Positions 28,701 through 38,339 of a stretch of DNA of 64,000 bases are shown here, one piece after another. The translations under genes and the position numbers were made by a program. Numbering within the stretch: position 1 is the first letter of the stretch; every line of letters starts with the position of its first letter. Source of the stretch: a virus; the IMG/VR virus record IMGVR_UViG_3300032047_000006, positions 17,441 through 81,440 of that record; one strand, written 5' to 3'. Under the pieces are notes generated by a model, which saw only the letters and a list, made by a program, of their open reading frames with translations, did no database searches and was not told where the DNA came from.

Positions 28701-31700
28701 AACATTCCTGTATAATCCAGACGGCACTGGCAAAAGAATAACGCTGGATTGCAACTCTGCTGTCCTATCGAGCCAAACCTGGCATCATGTTGCCCTGACA
28801 TATGATGCATCAAAGAATTCATCAGGATTATCTTTTTATGTGGACGGAGTAGAAATAGTTGCAACGAATACAAACCTAAATTCAGGCGTATACACAGGAA
28901 TGTCAAGCACTTCGCATCCTCTTATCATCGGCAAGACAGTAAATGATCCTCCCACCGCAGGGCAAGCGTTCGAAGATAAGATGGCAGATGTGTGCATTTT
29001 TAGCAAAGAGCTTTCTTCGGAAGAGGTAGTTGAATTATATAATTCTGGCTCGGTTAAAAACATGGAAGATCACTCTGCTTATGCAGATATAATCTCCTGG
29101 TGGAAGATGGGAGATGATCAGGACACTACTGGTGCCGACGGAATAAAGGATTACGTCGGAACTCACCATGGCACGCTCACAAATGGGGCAACTATCGTAG
29201 ATGAGGTTAATCTTCCTACGGATAATTTAGTATCTGGCAGATTTGGATGGTTCACGGGACTCATTTCAAAGCAAGTGTCCGGGCTCGCTCAATCTTTTAA
29301 CTCTAACGATAATCAAATAATAAATAAGGAATACATATATTCTGCAAAACACAGGACACCTGAGGTAATAAATTCAGAGGATCTTGTACATATAAAGAGA
29401 GACGATGAGGAGCCTTTTACTAGAGATACACGCCCTGTGAGGCACTTCTTTTCAGCTGAAAAGGGAATGTATCAGATTATCAACGACGACATCATTAATT
29501 TATTTGCGACAGTGAAGGAGTTCAATAACCTTATAGGGCAACCTGTGAATAGGTACAGAATGTCCTATAAATCACTCAGAAATTTCAATCAAAAGTATTT
29601 TGAAAAGGTAAAGAATGTTCCAAGTTTGGAGAAGTATGTAGAATACTATAAATGGATTGACTCGTCTATTGGATTGATGCTTCGAGATTTAATTCCCATA
29701 TCCAGTAACTTCTCATCATCTCTGAGAACAATGGTTGAGTCACACGTACTGGAGAGAAATAAATATTGGACTAAATTTCCAACATTGGAAATGTCTGGAA
29801 CGCCACCCGAGGGGCAAATAAGAGGCATTAATGAATTAACATACAATTGGAACCTTGGGCACGCACCATTGCCAGGACAACCAGAATCCGAGTCGTGTGT
29901 TTGGATAGATCAGAGAGTTGAGAGAACGGACGCAATTGTAGCTCATTCTGGTGTCAACGGACTGACTAGCGTCATTGACACAACGAGAGAAATGATCAGG
30001 GGCGTTCAAGCTAGGGTTACGAAGGGATTAGCGAGAGTCGTCGAGCGAAACGGAATTAATGTTGAAGAAACATTGCCAATTCTTCGGGACAACGCAGGTG
30101 CGGTATATGAGGGCAACACCCATACCACACAGGCACTCTCAAAGCCTTATAAGTTTGTAGTTGAAAGCGTAGCAACTATTCACGCAGGCGCAAATTCCAC
30201 GACTACTGGTGATCCAATCGCATTCATTCGATCGGCAACTAAAATAACAACTGGGACTTCTGGAATTATCCTAACCTCCAATGCCGCAACGCCAACATGT
30301 CCATCAGATAGCATTTTGCAAAAAGATAAAAGAAGTCAGGTTATTACAATAACTGATTCCGAGGCAGGCACGTCCTCATCGATGACTGGACTCCGTGGAA
30401 TTTATCCTCATTACAGTTCATCCGCAGGTTCTGAGCTTACCAATATTCACGGCGATACATACGGCGATGACGCAGAGATACCGATGCAGGGTATGTTTAC
30501 AGAGACGCACGTCGGCGGAAACCAGCACAGACACACACATTTTACAGAGCAAACTCCATCGGACAGACCAGAATTTTATTTGAATGATGCAGGCACACTC
30601 AGACACCCACAAGAGGTTAATTCTGATTACCCAGCAGCCCGATATACAAGAGACGAGGTAGCCAAGCGCCCTGTAAATATTAGAAACATCAAGAGCACTA
30701 CCATTAATAATACCCCTCTGGGCAATTACCAAAGAAATTACGAAGTAGTACAAACATCAGGCAGAACCCAGAATAACAGATTCTTTGTAAAGAACGAAGG
30801 AGTCTCCCAAAATTCAGTAAATTCTGCTTTTATTTCTGGCACCGCCGATTTTACTCTCCCTGATAGAACACAGACATCTAGCGGAGCCTCTATCGGAAGG
30901 ACAGAACATGTCTTTGTAGAAAGGTTTTCAGCACCAGGAGATCCGCTCACGTTGTCTCGTGGTTATCTTGATCCATTCGCAGAAGAATACAGTGTGTATA
31001 ATTCAATGAACTTTCGAAATTTAGATGAGAGGTTGGAACATCACAAGAGACTTTACACCCACAGCGGGCTTTATAACGGATCTCAGGGATATGAAGATAC
31101 TACAAACGGAGTCCCTTCAATTCACAAGATAAATAGAAACAGTTATTATCACCCAAGACTTACGCATAATAGTGAATCTGGAAGCTACTTTTGCGAATTT
31201 GATCACGATAATGCATATATATCACATCAGATTCCAAGATCTGATATGCAGTACGCATTCGCCCACGGATCCGTCGATAAGACGGCTTATGAGGGCACTG
31301 AGGTTTTAAATTGTGATGGTGTAACGACACCGGCAAGATTTAGCGGTTATTACGACGATGTGGTTGTTATGAAGGGTGATGAGTTGCACGATGCGCCATA
31401 CTCAGACTATCAAGCAGCAGGCTGGAGATTCATAAGAAATGGAGAAAAGGCAGAAGTAGCTAGAACCAGAAGACAAAACACAATATCGGTATTGGACAGA
31501 GCCCCTGCCACTGTATTCAGGGCGCACACCACATCAAGTCATATTGAGCCAGCCGTTGTGTGGCATAAGCCACTGAGACATGACGTAACTACTTCTGGAG
31601 AAGTTATAGCTCAAATAGATGAAGATAATTTTAGAAATACAGATTCTAGGTTGAATGATCGTCAACTTCGTTTTGCTTTTGCCCTGGGCAACAAGAGAAT

Positions 31701-34700
31701 AACGCACACATATTCTAACAACCTAGAGATATTCTCAAATCCGAATCTTATGAGCAAATTAGACTTGAAGAAGAGTCAAGTACAGTATCTAGACGAGATA
31801 CTTGAAGAGATCCGTCGTGGGGACACCTTATATCAAAAAATCACAATGACTGAGTTAATATATCCAAAAAGACGCAACGTCGGACTTGCTAAAACACGGG
31901 ATCGAAAAATGTTCGACTCCTATAAAGTGTTTTGGAGAGACAAATTTTTTGATAGAGTAAAAAAGAAGAATATTGATACCACCAAGCTTGGATTTAAAAT
32001 ATCAGACGATTTTAGAAAAATGTTCCAGCAACAATACTCTGTTGATTCGATGGACAACTTCTTTTATAAACAGGAACAAGGTGGCACAGAGACAACATTT
32101 CAAACGATAGGAGATTTACAGTCTGTCGGAGAGCAGCGTCACCGATATATGATAACCCGCTCAGACGTAGCACCATTAAATTCCTATGCTGGAAGTAGGA
32201 CAGGATTGGAGGGCTTTAGCACTGTATCTGGTGCAGCCAACCCTCCTTTATACCCGTCTGAAGTAGTACAGAATAAAGCCCCTATACCATCGATACAATT
32301 ATATTATAGTTCACACTCTTTTGCTAAAAAACAGAGCCAAGGGTGGTTAAATAGAAAGCCAAAATTGTCTCAAGCTCCGACGTATGACAATTATTATGAT
32401 TTTTCAGAAGACAACAAGCTCGCCGGACAAAACTATGGAATTGTTTCGGAGTTTCGAGCAAGCGAGCACATGGATAAGTATATCTTCGAGAACGGCGGCG
32501 ACTTCACTGTAAAGAATTATAATTTTCTCACTCTTGACGGCGCATCTCACGACGGAACTACTCATACTAGGACAAGTGGGTTGTCGGACACCGAAACAGC
32601 CGTTTTTTATTCGATCTCACCGAATAATAAGTCCCTTGAAGTTACGTCATATCCGACGAGCACCTCTGATAATTCAATAAGTGCAAATAGGGTTGTGAAT
32701 AACTCTCCAGCTTTTTCAGAGTTTAATAAAATATTTACGCCATCTACAGTCCAGGTGCCGAGCACTTTTGATATATCTAATAGTATAAACACGGAAATAG
32801 AAATAATTCAAGATCCTTCGGCAATAATACCAGTATCTCCGATGATCACGGGTAAATCTGCCGCAGGCATTTTCAACAGAGTCAATACTGACAACGACTT
32901 CTTGGTGATTGAAGTTGATAATTTCTCTTCATCTGCTGAAGCACCCATAGCAGATGACACAGAGATAAAACTAATCTCCTCTGCCGATACCGATTCTGAC
33001 GGACTACCGAATGGATATGTCTCTGATCCCTTTACAATGTCGATATGGGCACAACCAGAGGCATCAAACCAAGTAGGAGACTTCGATGGAATATTCTCAA
33101 TGGGACGAAAGCTTGGCAACGGCTCGGTAAGCGAGAGCATAAACCTTCTTTCAAGATATACTCTTGCAAACGCCCAAAGTGGCTATGGTAATCTCGGACT
33201 TACTTTTGTTGCTTCCACTTCGAATACGGATGGATTTACTACATTCGAATCTGCCCCAGGCGAAGCAGATGAAGTGGGAAATACATGTGCATATACATTT
33301 TTTAAGGCAGATGGATCACCAGCAACCTTAATAGATGAGCAATTTAATCATGTCGTCCTACAGATTATACCACCAGCACTCCGTGTTGCAACAACTCAGC
33401 ATCTTATAAGAATTTGGCTTAATGGGGAACAATTATATGGGGTGCCCGTGTTGGAGCTATTAAGCTCAAGATGGGCGACTCGCCAGGGTCCCGCAATTCA
33501 AAAGGAACTTAATGCTTATAATCCTTGCCCTATTGGCAGGAATACAGCCAGTAGCGGCGATGAGCATCCATGGCTGTTGGACTATGATCACCATACTAAT
33601 GGCGATTCGGGCATTTATGGCATCACTTTCATCAATCGTGTAATCCTTGGTAATGCAAACTTTCATGACTCGATCGATGCTGTAGACAACTTCCCCACCC
33701 CAGGAACTTTTGATAAGAAGTTTCACGGACTTTTGGACGAGTTTAATATTTTCAGAGGTATTTTAAATAGAGAATCGATTAAGCAGTTATATGGAGAAGG
33801 GAAACCGTCTAATACAGCAGAACAAGTATCTGAGTTTTCAGGAAACACTCTCGTTAATTCAGTAGATACTGGCGAATTTTCGTTTCTTCCTCCGTTGGTG
33901 AAGCACGACTATACAAATACGCCCCACCATGATCCTAATGATAATCTTGCGGCTACGATTCAGAATAGATTTCTTGATTATTATAATACAAATACAGACG
34001 ATCAAAACGGTCCAAAAATAGTAAAGTATACCTCTGGCTTCGGTTTAATCATATCCCAAATCGGGCTCGTGGGAACCAAGACGCCTCATAATAGTGTGGT
34101 AGATCCCCCTGGTTCAGCGGGAAATTATTATCGATGGGTTGAGTTGGAAGAATCATTTGAAGAAGACATTAGCGTTGCATATAGTATATATGCAGGCGAT
34201 GCCGCATCGCCCTGGGCAGATCTCAGTGACACACCAGCCAACAGTGAAGTTTTAAGGCTTCAATATAAGTTGGACGACGGTAATTGGACGACATCGTCGA
34301 CTTATTCTGTACAAGACATTTCCAACCCGATAAACACACAAGTCGCAAAAATATCTGATATTTCAGTAGGACAGACACCGGACAACAAGGTGAAGTTGAG
34401 ATGGATTTCAGAGTCATCTAATGTCGTAGGCGATTCACACTGGGGGATAGATAACGTAAGAATTCAATCTATCTCTGAAGGAGTTATTGTCTTGGACAGT
34501 ACCCCAACTTTCGCCCCTATAATAGAGGGAACTTTATTTAAAGAGAATTGGACAGTAGCAATGCAACAGTCCCATTCAGACGAAGCCTCGCTACCAGTCT
34601 GGCATCGAATTGGCATTCCAAGCTATGATAATATAGAAGGCAAATGTGAATCATGGGACGACGAATTTTTTAATTCCTATGTTCACACAAATCATATTCC

Positions 34701-37314
34701 TTTTATTGAAGAGGTTACTCATAAACAATCTTCATTAGGAGTTTGTAATACAACTCAGCGTGTGAGACTCCGTGTGAATGCTAAAAAGAAACTGCTTCCA
34801 TACGAGGGGTTTTACCCGCAAGACAGAACAGTTCAAATAGCAGAACTTTTTGTTAAAAAGATAAAAGATGAAACACCAGGCGAGGAAAAGGCAAATAAAA
34901 ATCAGTCAATTCAGGCGATAATGCAGCACTTTTTCGCACCAGGGATCCTTTATAATTCATTAAAGGCGGGCATTGCTTGCGACTGGGCATCTTTTACTAA
35001 CGAATCGGGACTGGAGCCGTCCTATTATGGAGACACTATTCAGGCAACTAGCAGTAGTGCAGAGGTAGAGTTATATTTAGACTCTCCAGCACCATATTGG
35101 TATCAGGCTAATATGAGCGAGACTACTATGAACCCTCTCTCTTCGATTCAGATTCCGGCTCAAACAGCTCCATCTAGAGTATCAACAAGCCCGATACACA
35201 ACAACAATACTAGCAGTTTGAATAATCTTCTAGGTGCCTCCGCAGTGGATCCTTTGTTTGCTAGTCCACTTGCTAAACACAAATATGTGTATAATTTCAT
35301 GATAGCTCAGAATCCCACAAAAAGGTTACCATTTGAGGCAATACTAGATCCAGTAAATTATCTAAAGTCTACGACTTCTGAAGAAACTCATTCCATCGGA
35401 GCTTATAGCGTAGCGAAAAAGCCAGATCAATATTTTCTCATGACACCTGAGTATTACTCGTTGTCCGGCTCTTTCAGTATTGATATAGTGAATAATCCTG
35501 GTACGGCAGCTTGGCAACAAAATGGTTTAACCAACTATGATAAGTACGTTTACCCTTCTTTTGACGCAAGCCAAATGACAACTGCTGATTCGAGATATGA
35601 AATGGCAATACATAATTTTATGGCAGAGATACCGAGATTTTTCCTAAAGAATAAAACTTTAAATACTTTTACTTCTGATGAAGAAAAAAACTTTAAGAAT
35701 ATGTCATCTGGAACCACATACTATATGGATGTCGTTGTGGGGAAGACAAAGCAGGGATTCTCACCAGTCTATAGTCCGTCAGACTCAGGTGCATCTTATT
35801 TCGGACCGGCAACCAAGTGGAAGGAAGACTTAGATGGTATATCCGATCTTACTGCGGATCCCGCTTATGCGCCATATGTCCCTCCTTATTTCTACGGCTC
35901 ATCGGTAGCGAGAATAAAATTTGTACCACCATTATCAGGAAGCAATAAGTACACTTTGCAGGATATACTTGATAATTCGACAGTGGAGACGGCTTCTGAA
36001 GCTAAGACAACTTTTCAGAGAGAGGCGGGAAATACAGCATTCGAAAATTCACCTTCGTGGGAATCTATGATGCCGGTTTCATCTAGCATTAATTTATTCT
36101 CTACTACAAACAAGAGGCAAGTGGCATTCGCAGCTAACTCAGGCGTCCCACTCACAGTTACGGATTCAACAACCTCCGATAGTTCAGTCTGGGCAATATA
36201 CCCAAGGTTCGAGTGTCCAATTTTGAACTTCTTGTCAGAGGAGAATACCTCAACGAATTCGAACCTTGAAATATTAAATTTCGACAATACTTTACAGGAA
36301 ACTACAACCGCCTCAGGTTTTAGCTATTCGGCGTCTTATTTGGATACGACAAATGATGCTCGCTGGACTAGCGATTACCGTACAGGAGCAGGCTTATGGG
36401 CAGGCATCGGAGAGCAACGCCAGGGCGTAGGAGCATTTCTGACAATAAAGGAAAGTTTTGCAGAAGGTACGGAGAATATAGGTTCTCTAATAGATGTCTG
36501 CGGCTTCCAGCCTGAAACAAGACAATTGGGCGTGATTGCTGATGAACGAGAAATAAAAGAAGCGGTAGTTATGATTCCGTTCTTAGATAAGGCTTTAATT
36601 GAAAATAGATCATCAACCTCTGAGAGTGTACCAACAACACCAGCCTCAGAAGTTCCTGTTACTATAAAAGTTGACGATAGACATTTTATTAGGGTAGATA
36701 GAGCGGAGTATGATGAACAAAAGAGAAGACTTGATGCAGGAATTGATATTGAAAATCCAGCATACGAACTAAAAGATATTCCAGGCAAGTTAGATCAGAA
36801 GTTCATGTCTTCTTCAATTACAAAGATGATAACAGGTATGAGGGAATATAATCTACCCCCTCGATATGATTTTGAGATGTATGAGCAGGCTCCATTCGCA
36901 ATGTATTTCTTTGAGTTTACTCACACTCTGGATAAGGAAGATTTACAGAATATTTGGCAGGGCATGCCTCCCAAGATAGCTAAGAGGATGACACATGATT
37001 TCGTCGAGGTTGAGCATGACATTAACGAGCACGAATTATTCGGACACTTGAACGAGGTTCCAAAAGATATTAGATGGATGGTTTTTAAGGTGAAGAAGAA
37101 GGCGGCACAAAATTATTATGAGTTGACTGCCGACTCTACCGACGATACAAAATTTAAATTCAACTTCGACGTGGGAGAAAAGCCCCCTGAGTATAGTTAT
37201 AACTATCCATACGATTTTTTCACAATGTTAGAGAGAATACAAGTTGAAGCAAAGCCTGAAGTAGTTGGAGATCCTGTCCAACAATTCAAGAAAAAGTACA
37301 GGGACGATAGATAA
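25789..37314 (+). CDS. Giant baseplate/tail-associated protein with several LamG (ConA-like) domains
   Basis: About 3841 aa; LamG motifs TIEFW...WNHIA...IDEFRFW, FSISAWV...WHHVALTYD...YVDG and FTMSIW...FNHVV...LDEFNIF; YIYKSKGT..AFRNLIRCFG resembles a baseplate gp7/P2 gpI-like motif. Confidence 0.8.
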   Translation: MSTKDLFNKNNKILTKSEANKVKKDIESFELVNDISEARTSLRPRVDYSKPENFAKYGSAKKYYEDSFQRIHRTFPYDGSNSEIQKWLNTSTGLDLWIYENIYPRSTGHIKLLNNQSVTAQGGPNKQPGITEGEQHELSKQFPSKQGNSNIWDTSVYRNSNLYMAPAIGNTIEFWAKVDASVNSPFTVFNLISENQVSSLISMTYDPSTGNVTYKYKDDADNGFSSNSVSIPGLISTSWNHIAISFQSVSDKVNVEIYKNGLRIHDVSVGDAMTTVSQSELFLNINGTSNSNNSANGLYIDEFRFWKLRRTEEQIARHWFTNVYGGTNTDDNKYSTETRNVDIGVYYKFNEGIVSDATIDATVLDYSGRISNGTIVNYTETVRSTLSAIDESSHTTESEEKDPIIYPSHPSYISSLDRYSNAGNNYDISNNASVFHTMPAWIIEEDDERGSLKELTQVISSYFDNTHLQIQELTELKKPEYYSATSPEDRASYLVKTGIESSGLTIPDLFTEATALEDILSRNEKSLFEEKLHDIKNTIYQNIYNNLSYIYKSKGTEKAFRNLIRCFGIDDELVRVNLYSDNTDYLLEDTRRVGSTKKNFLDFNSSTRDQAFVETTQDSLNQSSTVSYIKGARTNWKNLSATFETELMFPGYMGTTHPEYAPPTNTVENIASIGVYSSGYTSTELWNLTAIKEDNNPYSKNLKFRLEMEGQTLDTPYFKDVYGNSKWNVAVRVKPKSSLPLGTQASSLEYGIELYCLRTTADTIEEEILVSATVTTSGSYLSSDKYLRLGKVVADTSKSLKVSSTLFWYDYLSNDEIKAHASDSSNYGRLNPTERVYSHLTTLEGIPLTRMDTLALHWDFNNITTSDGSGQALVQDLSEGIPSTSLPLNSKAIQFDGDITAGQTDHVLVSDSDDFSFTSGAGTDTQFSISAWVYVDDIATDNGPFVSKALVQGAGVDITEYIFKHVNGKLRTFLYNPDGTGKRITLDCNSAVLSSQTWHHVALTYDASKNSSGLSFYVDGVEIVATNTNLNSGVYTGMSSTSHPLIIGKTVNDPPTAGQAFEDKMADVCIFSKELSSEEVVELYNSGSVKNMEDHSAYADIISWWKMGDDQDTTGADGIKDYVGTHHGTLTNGATIVDEVNLPTDNLVSGRFGWFTGLISKQVSGLAQSFNSNDNQIINKEYIYSAKHRTPEVINSEDLVHIKRDDEEPFTRDTRPVRHFFSAEKGMYQIINDDIINLFATVKEFNNLIGQPVNRYRMSYKSLRNFNQKYFEKVKNVPSLEKYVEYYKWIDSSIGLMLRDLIPISSNFSSSLRTMVESHVLERNKYWTKFPTLEMSGTPPEGQIRGINELTYNWNLGHAPLPGQPESESCVWIDQRVERTDAIVAHSGVNGLTSVIDTTREMIRGVQARVTKGLARVVERNGINVEETLPILRDNAGAVYEGNTHTTQALSKPYKFVVESVATIHAGANSTTTGDPIAFIRSATKITTGTSGIILTSNAATPTCPSDSILQKDKRSQVITITDSEAGTSSSMTGLRGIYPHYSSSAGSELTNIHGDTYGDDAEIPMQGMFTETHVGGNQHRHTHFTEQTPSDRPEFYLNDAGTLRHPQEVNSDYPAARYTRDEVAKRPVNIRNIKSTTINNTPLGNYQRNYEVVQTSGRTQNNRFFVKNEGVSQNSVNSAFISGTADFTLPDRTQTSSGASIGRTEHVFVERFSAPGDPLTLSRGYLDPFAEEYSVYNSMNFRNLDERLEHHKRLYTHSGLYNGSQGYEDTTNGVPSIHKINRNSYYHPRLTHNSESGSYFCEFDHDNAYISHQIPRSDMQYAFAHGSVDKTAYEGTEVLNCDGVTTPARFSGYYDDVVVMKGDELHDAPYSDYQAAGWRFIRNGEKAEVARTRRQNTISVLDRAPATVFRAHTTSSHIEPAVVWHKPLRHDVTTSGEVIAQIDEDNFRNTDSRLNDRQLRFAFALGNKRITHTYSNNLEIFSNPNLMSKLDLKKSQVQYLDEILEEIRRGDTLYQKITMTELIYPKRRNVGLAKTRDRKMFDSYKVFWRDKFFDRVKKKNIDTTKLGFKISDDFRKMFQQQYSVDSMDNFFYKQEQGGTETTFQTIGDLQSVGEQRHRYMITRSDVAPLNSYAGSRTGLEGFSTVSGAANPPLYPSEVVQNKAPIPSIQLYYSSHSFAKKQSQGWLNRKPKLSQAPTYDNYYDFSEDNKLAGQNYGIVSEFRASEHMDKYIFENGGDFTVKNYNFLTLDGASHDGTTHTRTSGLSDTETAVFYSISPNNKSLEVTSYPTSTSDNSISANRVVNNSPAFSEFNKIFTPSTVQVPSTFDISNSINTEIEIIQDPSAIIPVSPMITGKSAAGIFNRVNTDNDFLVIEVDNFSSSAEAPIADDTEIKLISSADTDSDGLPNGYVSDPFTMSIWAQPEASNQVGDFDGIFSMGRKLGNGSVSESINLLSRYTLANAQSGYGNLGLTFVASTSNTDGFTTFESAPGEADEVGNTCAYTFFKADGSPATLIDEQFNHVVLQIIPPALRVATTQHLIRIWLNGEQLYGVPVLELLSSRWATRQGPAIQKELNAYNPCPIGRNTASSGDEHPWLLDYDHHTNGDSGIYGITFINRVILGNANFHDSIDAVDNFPTPGTFDKKFHGLLDEFNIFRGILNRESIKQLYGEGKPSNTAEQVSEFSGNTLVNSVDTGEFSFLPPLVKHDYTNTPHHDPNDNLAATIQNRFLDYYNTNTDDQNGPKIVKYTSGFGLIISQIGLVGTKTPHNSVVDPPGSAGNYYRWVELEESFEEDISVAYSIYAGDAASPWADLSDTPANSEVLRLQYKLDDGNWTTSSTYSVQDISNPINTQVAKISDISVGQTPDNKVKLRWISESSNVVGDSHWGIDNVRIQSISEGVIVLDSTPTFAPIIEGTLFKENWTVAMQQSHSDEASLPVWHRIGIPSYDNIEGKCESWDDEFFNSYVHTNHIPFIEEVTHKQSSLGVCNTTQRVRLRVNAKKKLLPYEGFYPQDRTVQIAELFVKKIKDETPGEEKANKNQSIQAIMQHFFAPGILYNSLKAGIACDWASFTNESGLEPSYYGDTIQATSSSAEVELYLDSPAPYWYQANMSETTMNPLSSIQIPAQTAPSRVSTSPIHNNNTSSLNNLLGASAVDPLFASPLAKHKYVYNFMIAQNPTKRLPFEAILDPVNYLKSTTSEETHSIGAYSVAKKPDQYFLMTPEYYSLSGSFSIDIVNNPGTAAWQQNGLTNYDKYVYPSFDASQMTTADSRYEMAIHNFMAEIPRFFLKNKTLNTFTSDEEKNFKNMSSGTTYYMDVVVGKTKQGFSPVYSPSDSGASYFGPATKWKEDLDGISDLTADPAYAPYVPPYFYGSSVARIKFVPPLSGSNKYTLQDILDNSTVETASEAKTTFQREAGNTAFENSPSWESMMPVSSSINLFSTTNKRQVAFAANSGVPLTVTDSTTSDSSVWAIYPRFECPILNFLSEENTSTNSNLEILNFDNTLQETTTASGFSYSASYLDTTNDARWTSDYRTGAGLWAGIGEQRQGVGAFLTIKESFAEGTENIGSLIDVCGFQPETRQLGVIADEREIKEAVVMIPFLDKALIENRSSTSESVPTTPASEVPVTIKVDDRHFIRVDRAEYDEQKRRLDAGIDIENPAYELKDIPGKLDQKFMSSSITKMITGMREYNLPPRYDFEMYEQAPFAMYFFEFTHTLDKEDLQNIWQGMPPKIAKRMTHDFVEVEHDINEHELFGHLNEVPKDIRWMVFKVKKKAAQNYYELTADSTDDTKFKFNFDVGEKPPEYSYNYPYDFFTMLERIQVEAKPEVVGDPVQQFKKKYRDDR

Positions 37315-37316
37315 TT

Positions 37317-38339
37317 ATGTCATTTAAAGATAAGAAAGAAGAAGTATTAGAGATAGAGATGACATCCTTTGGAAAGAGTCTACTCTCAAAGGGCAAGTTC
37401 AAGCCTGCGTTTTATGCATTCTTCGATGACGATATTATGTATGATATAGAATATTCGGCAGATACCGAGAGTCAAAACGAAACACAGGGCAGAATATTAG
37501 AGAAAACTCCGTCACTTGCAGTTCAAACATCTTTTCACAGTATTGAAGACGAGGTAGCAGAGCAGGTTGAGTTAGCTCGAAAAAACGGAACGAAAACTAT
37601 GTCTCAAAACACGGCAGAACGAGAATATGCTCTCCCTATGCCATTGGGAAAATCTCAAGTTTCCTCAAATAGTGTGCCATCGTGGGACATAACGTCATAT
37701 GGGGTGAATTTTTCAAGTAAAGAGAGGGTTCTTCAAGGTGCTCATCCAAATTTGAAGATACCACAATTGGATATAGAAGATATAAAATATTATACATCAA
37801 TTATACAAGAAGACGAAATAAGAGTGGAGTCTGAAACTGGATATAAACCAGGCGACGCCCACGCTGGACACGCATTCCCTGCTAGTGGATTTAATGAAAT
37901 ATTTGACGACGGCAGGGCAATTCAAATCGACGAGAACTATCTTATTTTGGAGATAGACGAGTTAAATACCGAACCCTTGAGAGAAAATTACGACATAGAA
38001 GTGTTCATCGTGGAAGAAGACGATTCTGTGGAAAAATTAATTCCCCTCTCCTTCAAGAAAGAGCATAGCAATATTGTTAACGGAATATACACAGAAGATC
38101 AAAGCCCTCAAGATTCTGAATATAAAGAGTTGGACGAAACCTGCGCCGAATATTACTTTAATGTGTATGTGGACGAAGAAATAAATAAAGACTTGCTGTG
38201 TAAGCTTGGATATAGAACAGATTTTAGCAAGAGAGGTGCAATCCGTGTCACCTGCTCGGACGAGAAAGATGCATCTCAAATGGATAGAGTTTACGATCCA
38301 TTTGGAGAGCCCACAGGACCGTATGGAGATGAATGCTAA
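37317..38339 (+). CDS. Tail/baseplate structural protein (N-terminal paralog of 44535 gene)
   Basis: MTSFGKSLLSKG.F...YAFFDDDIMYD resembles LTDTGRMRLAKG..F...FALSDDEIDY. Confidence 0.65.
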   Translation: MSFKDKKEEVLEIEMTSFGKSLLSKGKFKPAFYAFFDDDIMYDIEYSADTESQNETQGRILEKTPSLAVQTSFHSIEDEVAEQVELARKNGTKTMSQNTAEREYALPMPLGKSQVSSNSVPSWDITSYGVNFSSKERVLQGAHPNLKIPQLDIEDIKYYTSIIQEDEIRVESETGYKPGDAHAGHAFPASGFNEIFDDGRAIQIDENYLILEIDELNTEPLRENYDIEVFIVEEDDSVEKLIPLSFKKEHSNIVNGIYTEDQSPQDSEYKELDETCAEYYFNVYVDEEINKDLLCKLGYRTDFSKRGAIRVTCSDEKDASQMDRVYDPFGEPTGPYGDEC

